Shown here: positions 37,156-38,820 of the stretch, one piece after another
Layout of the letters: every line of letters starts with the position of its first letter
Position numbering within the stretch: the stretch's first letter is position 1
Source of the DNA: a virus
Taxonomy: Duplodnaviria > Caudoviricetes
Strand: one strand, 5' to 3'
Length of the DNA: 38,820 bases
Virus record (IMG/VR): IMGVR_UViG_3300050161_000104
Coordinates: 1 to 38,820 of that record
Position numbers and translations under genes: made by a program
The notes under the pieces: generated by a model
What the model saw: only the letters and a program-made list of their open reading frames with translations
What the model was told of the DNA's origin: nothing
The model's database searches: none

Positions 37156-37688
37156 TCTCCACTAGCGACTTGCCTTGTCTTCCGCAGCGCGATCTGCCTT
37201 GCATGTGCGCCTCGTATCCCAAAAAGCCGCCCAAGTTCCTCCCACGTGGGCGCATACCTTTCGTGGACACGCCTAACGGATTCTATGAATTGATCCGAAT
37301 AGCGAGCCAAGTTGCTGCGTTCACCATGTTGCAAATTAAGGCCCGTCGAGCGAGCGTGGTTGTTGTTTTCTTGGTAGGACGCCCACTCCAGATTCTCGAC
37401 AGCATTGTTCGTTTTGTTGCCATCCTTGTGGTTCACGGTCCTGCGATTCTTGGGATTTTCCAGAAACGCCTCCGCGACTACGCGATGCACCAGCTTTCGG
37501 CATTTAGAGTCGAACGTCACGGCGTAGTAGCCATTTTTGCCCAATCCTCCGCTTATCACACCGCCGCGCAACACGCCTACGCGCCCGTCTTTGTAGGTCA
37601 TTGGGCGGGGAAGGCCGCGAACACGGCCAAAATCAGAAACCTCATAACGCCCAACAAAACCCAAAACGGGCCTCCAAACCTCTTCCAT
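37137..37688 (-). CDS. NUMOD4-HNH homing endonuclease
   Basis: MEEVWRPVLGFVGRYEVSDFGRVR (NUMOD4); VHRVVAEAFL...VNHKDGNKTNNAVENLEW (HNH); GAGGG RBS; start re-called at 37688. Confidence 0.92.
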   Translation of the reverse strand: MEEVWRPVLGFVGRYEVSDFGRVRGLPRPMTYKDGRVGVLRGGVISGGLGKNGYYAVTFDSKCRKLVHRVVAEAFLENPKNRRTVNHKDGNKTNNAVENLEWASYQENNNHARSTGLNLQHGERSNLARYSDQFIESVRRVHERYAPTWEELGRLFGIRGAHARQIALRKTRQVASGDHSTPL

Positions 37689-37722
37689 TTCCGATTCCCT
37701 CAGGTGATTGCTATGTTTGGTA

Positions 37723-37751
37723 TCTTTAGTATATTTATGGGCGCGCGTCAA
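37723..37751 (-). promoter_or_regulatory. Putative promoter of the homing endonuclease
   Basis: Minus strand TTGACG-N17-TAAAGA in an AT-rich patch. Confidence 0.45.
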
Positions 37752-37801
37752 GAGGCGCGCCGCGTCGATGAGGTCGAGGCCACGGCGCTGGGGTTGATCG
37801 G

Positions 37802-38068
37802 GTGACGCGCCGCATTCCGCACCTGCATGTTGTAGTTGCTGTGACATTCTACGTCCTGATCGGTTTCGCTCTCGTAACCGGCTATGTGTTGGTTTATTCC
37901 GATGATGAGGTGACAAAGGGCACGCTCATCGGGACATGGATTAACATAGCGATGCTTGCCGTGGGCTTTTGGCTGGGCAGTTCGCTGGGTGGAAAGGCGA
38001 TGCAGGAAACCGCCACCGGTAAGGCTAACGACCCGGTGCATGTTGAACCGCAGGAGCCGACGCTATGA
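37802..38068 (+). CDS. Holin-like two-TM protein
   Basis: Two TM helices ending in GFWLGSS; located in the lysis cassette. Confidence 0.65.
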   Translation: MTRRIPHLHVVVAVTFYVLIGFALVTGYVLVYSDDEVTKGTLIGTWINIAMLAVGFWLGSSLGGKAMQETATGKANDPVHVEPQEPTL

Positions 38069-38259
38069 CACGCTACACCACCCGCCACACGCCGCGCTCG
38101 TTCTATGTTGAGGACGATGTCTATTCGGAACCGTCTAGCGCAGGCGTGCCAGTAGTGTCGGACCATGTCGCCACCTACACCGGCCTGGTTGATGCAAGCG
38201 GCGGGGAGATATGGCGCTCACCTGATCCGATTGGTTTTGATTTCGAGAGGCTGACATGA
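38065..38259 (+). CDS. Small hypothetical protein (TGLVDASG...PIGF)
   Basis: AGGAG RBS; ATGA overlaps at both ends. Confidence 0.6.
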   Translation: MTRYTTRHTPRSFYVEDDVYSEPSSAGVPVVSDHVATYTGLVDASGGEIWRSPDPIGFDFERLT

Positions 38260-38771
38260 TCCCGCCAGCCCTCATATCATTCGCCGCGCGCATTGGCATT
38301 CGTGGCGGGATCATCGCGGCACTGGTGCTTTTCGGCGCGGTGCAAACGTGGCGGCTGTCCGGCACAAAGGGCGATCTAGCCGCGTGTGAGGCCGATAAGG
38401 CGCAAATGGTGCAGGCGTCGGCAATTGCTGGCGAACGCGCTGTAGCGGCCCGCAACGCCGCACAGCAACGCTATTCCGAACTGGCGAAGGATGCCGACCA
38501 TGAACTTGAACAAGTCACCTCTAGCGCGATGGCTGACGCTCGTGCTTTTATTGCTCGCGCCCGGCGGGTGCAGTCCGGCCCCGCTGATCGTCCATCCGGC
38601 AGAGCCATTGCCGCCGCCAGTGATAGCCTTGCCGGAAGCCCTATGCCAACCGATCCAGCGGCCATCGTGGATGATACCGTTGCCGTCCCCGCCAGCGACG
38701 TGCTGATTTGCACAGACAACACCATTCGCCTTGAGGCGGCTCAATCATGGGCCGCATCGCTAAATCCATGA
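38256..38771 (+). CDS. Rz-like inner-membrane spanin
   Basis: N-terminal TM followed by Ala-rich coiled coil; end of the lysis cassette. Confidence 0.7.
   Translation: MIPPALISFAARIGIRGGIIAALVLFGAVQTWRLSGTKGDLAACEADKAQMVQASAIAGERAVAARNAAQQRYSELAKDADHELEQVTSSAMADARAFIARARRVQSGPADRPSGRAIAAASDSLAGSPMPTDPAAIVDDTVAVPASDVLICTDNTIRLEAAQSWAASLNP
38500..38706 (+). CDS. Rz1-like outer-membrane lipoprotein spanin embedded in the +1 frame of Rz
   Basis: MNLNKSPLARWLTLVLLLLAPGG-C signal peptide/lipobox and a Pro-rich mature part, entirely within Rz. Confidence 0.55.
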   Translation: MNLNKSPLARWLTLVLLLLAPGGCSPAPLIVHPAEPLPPPVIALPEALCQPIQRPSWMIPLPSPPATC

Positions 38772-38820
38772 ACCCGCGTTGTTGCCCCTACTGCGAAACG
38801 GTCATTGGCGGCGGTGTTGC

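Larger units (their letters stand above)
1..38820. mobile_element. Podovirus-like dsDNA bacteriophage genome or prophage segment, near complete
   Basis: Terminase, portal, capsid, P22-like tail and ejection genes, tailspikes, lysis cassette and primase-helicase in typical phage order. No host housekeeping genes. Confidence 0.97.

Noticed and set aside
37137-37760. Group I intron carrying the HNH gene
   Set aside because: The endonuclease is antisense to the lysis operon, the lysozyme ORF is complete, and no intron core elements were recognised.
37152-37805. 217-aa plus-strand ORF after the lysozyme
   Set aside because: It is the antisense shadow of the NUMOD4-HNH gene. Only its last ~15 codons look meaningful, as an endolysin remnant.

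Overview
The window is most or all of a GC-rich, short-tailed (podovirus-like) dsDNA phage genome. The host is probably an alphaproteobacterium, possibly a sphingomonad; this is inferred from protein families and promoter style. Layout: (1) 1-6469 is a leftward, translationally coupled cluster of small accessory genes, including a protein carrying a glycyl-tRNA synthetase beta-subunit motif, a Lar-like zinc finger, membrane proteins and an HNH nuclease. (2) A divergent promoter at about 6490-6585 is followed by two Cro/XRE-like HTH genes that appear to be leaderless. (3) The replication module has a RusA-like resolvase, a PD-(D/E)XK exonuclease, a probable SSB and a RepB-type primase/AAA helicase, followed by an iterated origin-like region. 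(4) The packaging and head module has TerS, TerL, portal, GroES, an RcGTA Rcc01079-like spike base, scaffold, cement and major capsid genes. (5) P22-like tail and ejection genes include a peptidase M15 domain in the +1 frame at the end of an ejection protein, behind an SD-hairpin-UUUC element (candidate programmed +1 frameshift). (6) Two tailspikes are followed by a large Rcc01080-like head fibre with an SGNH-type esterase. (7) The lysis cassette has a GH24 lysozyme, an antisense NUMOD4-HNH endonuclease, holin-like genes and Rz/Rz1. No integrase, CI repressor, DNA polymerase, tRNA or CRISPR array was recognised. All family calls come from motif recognition by eye, not database searches.
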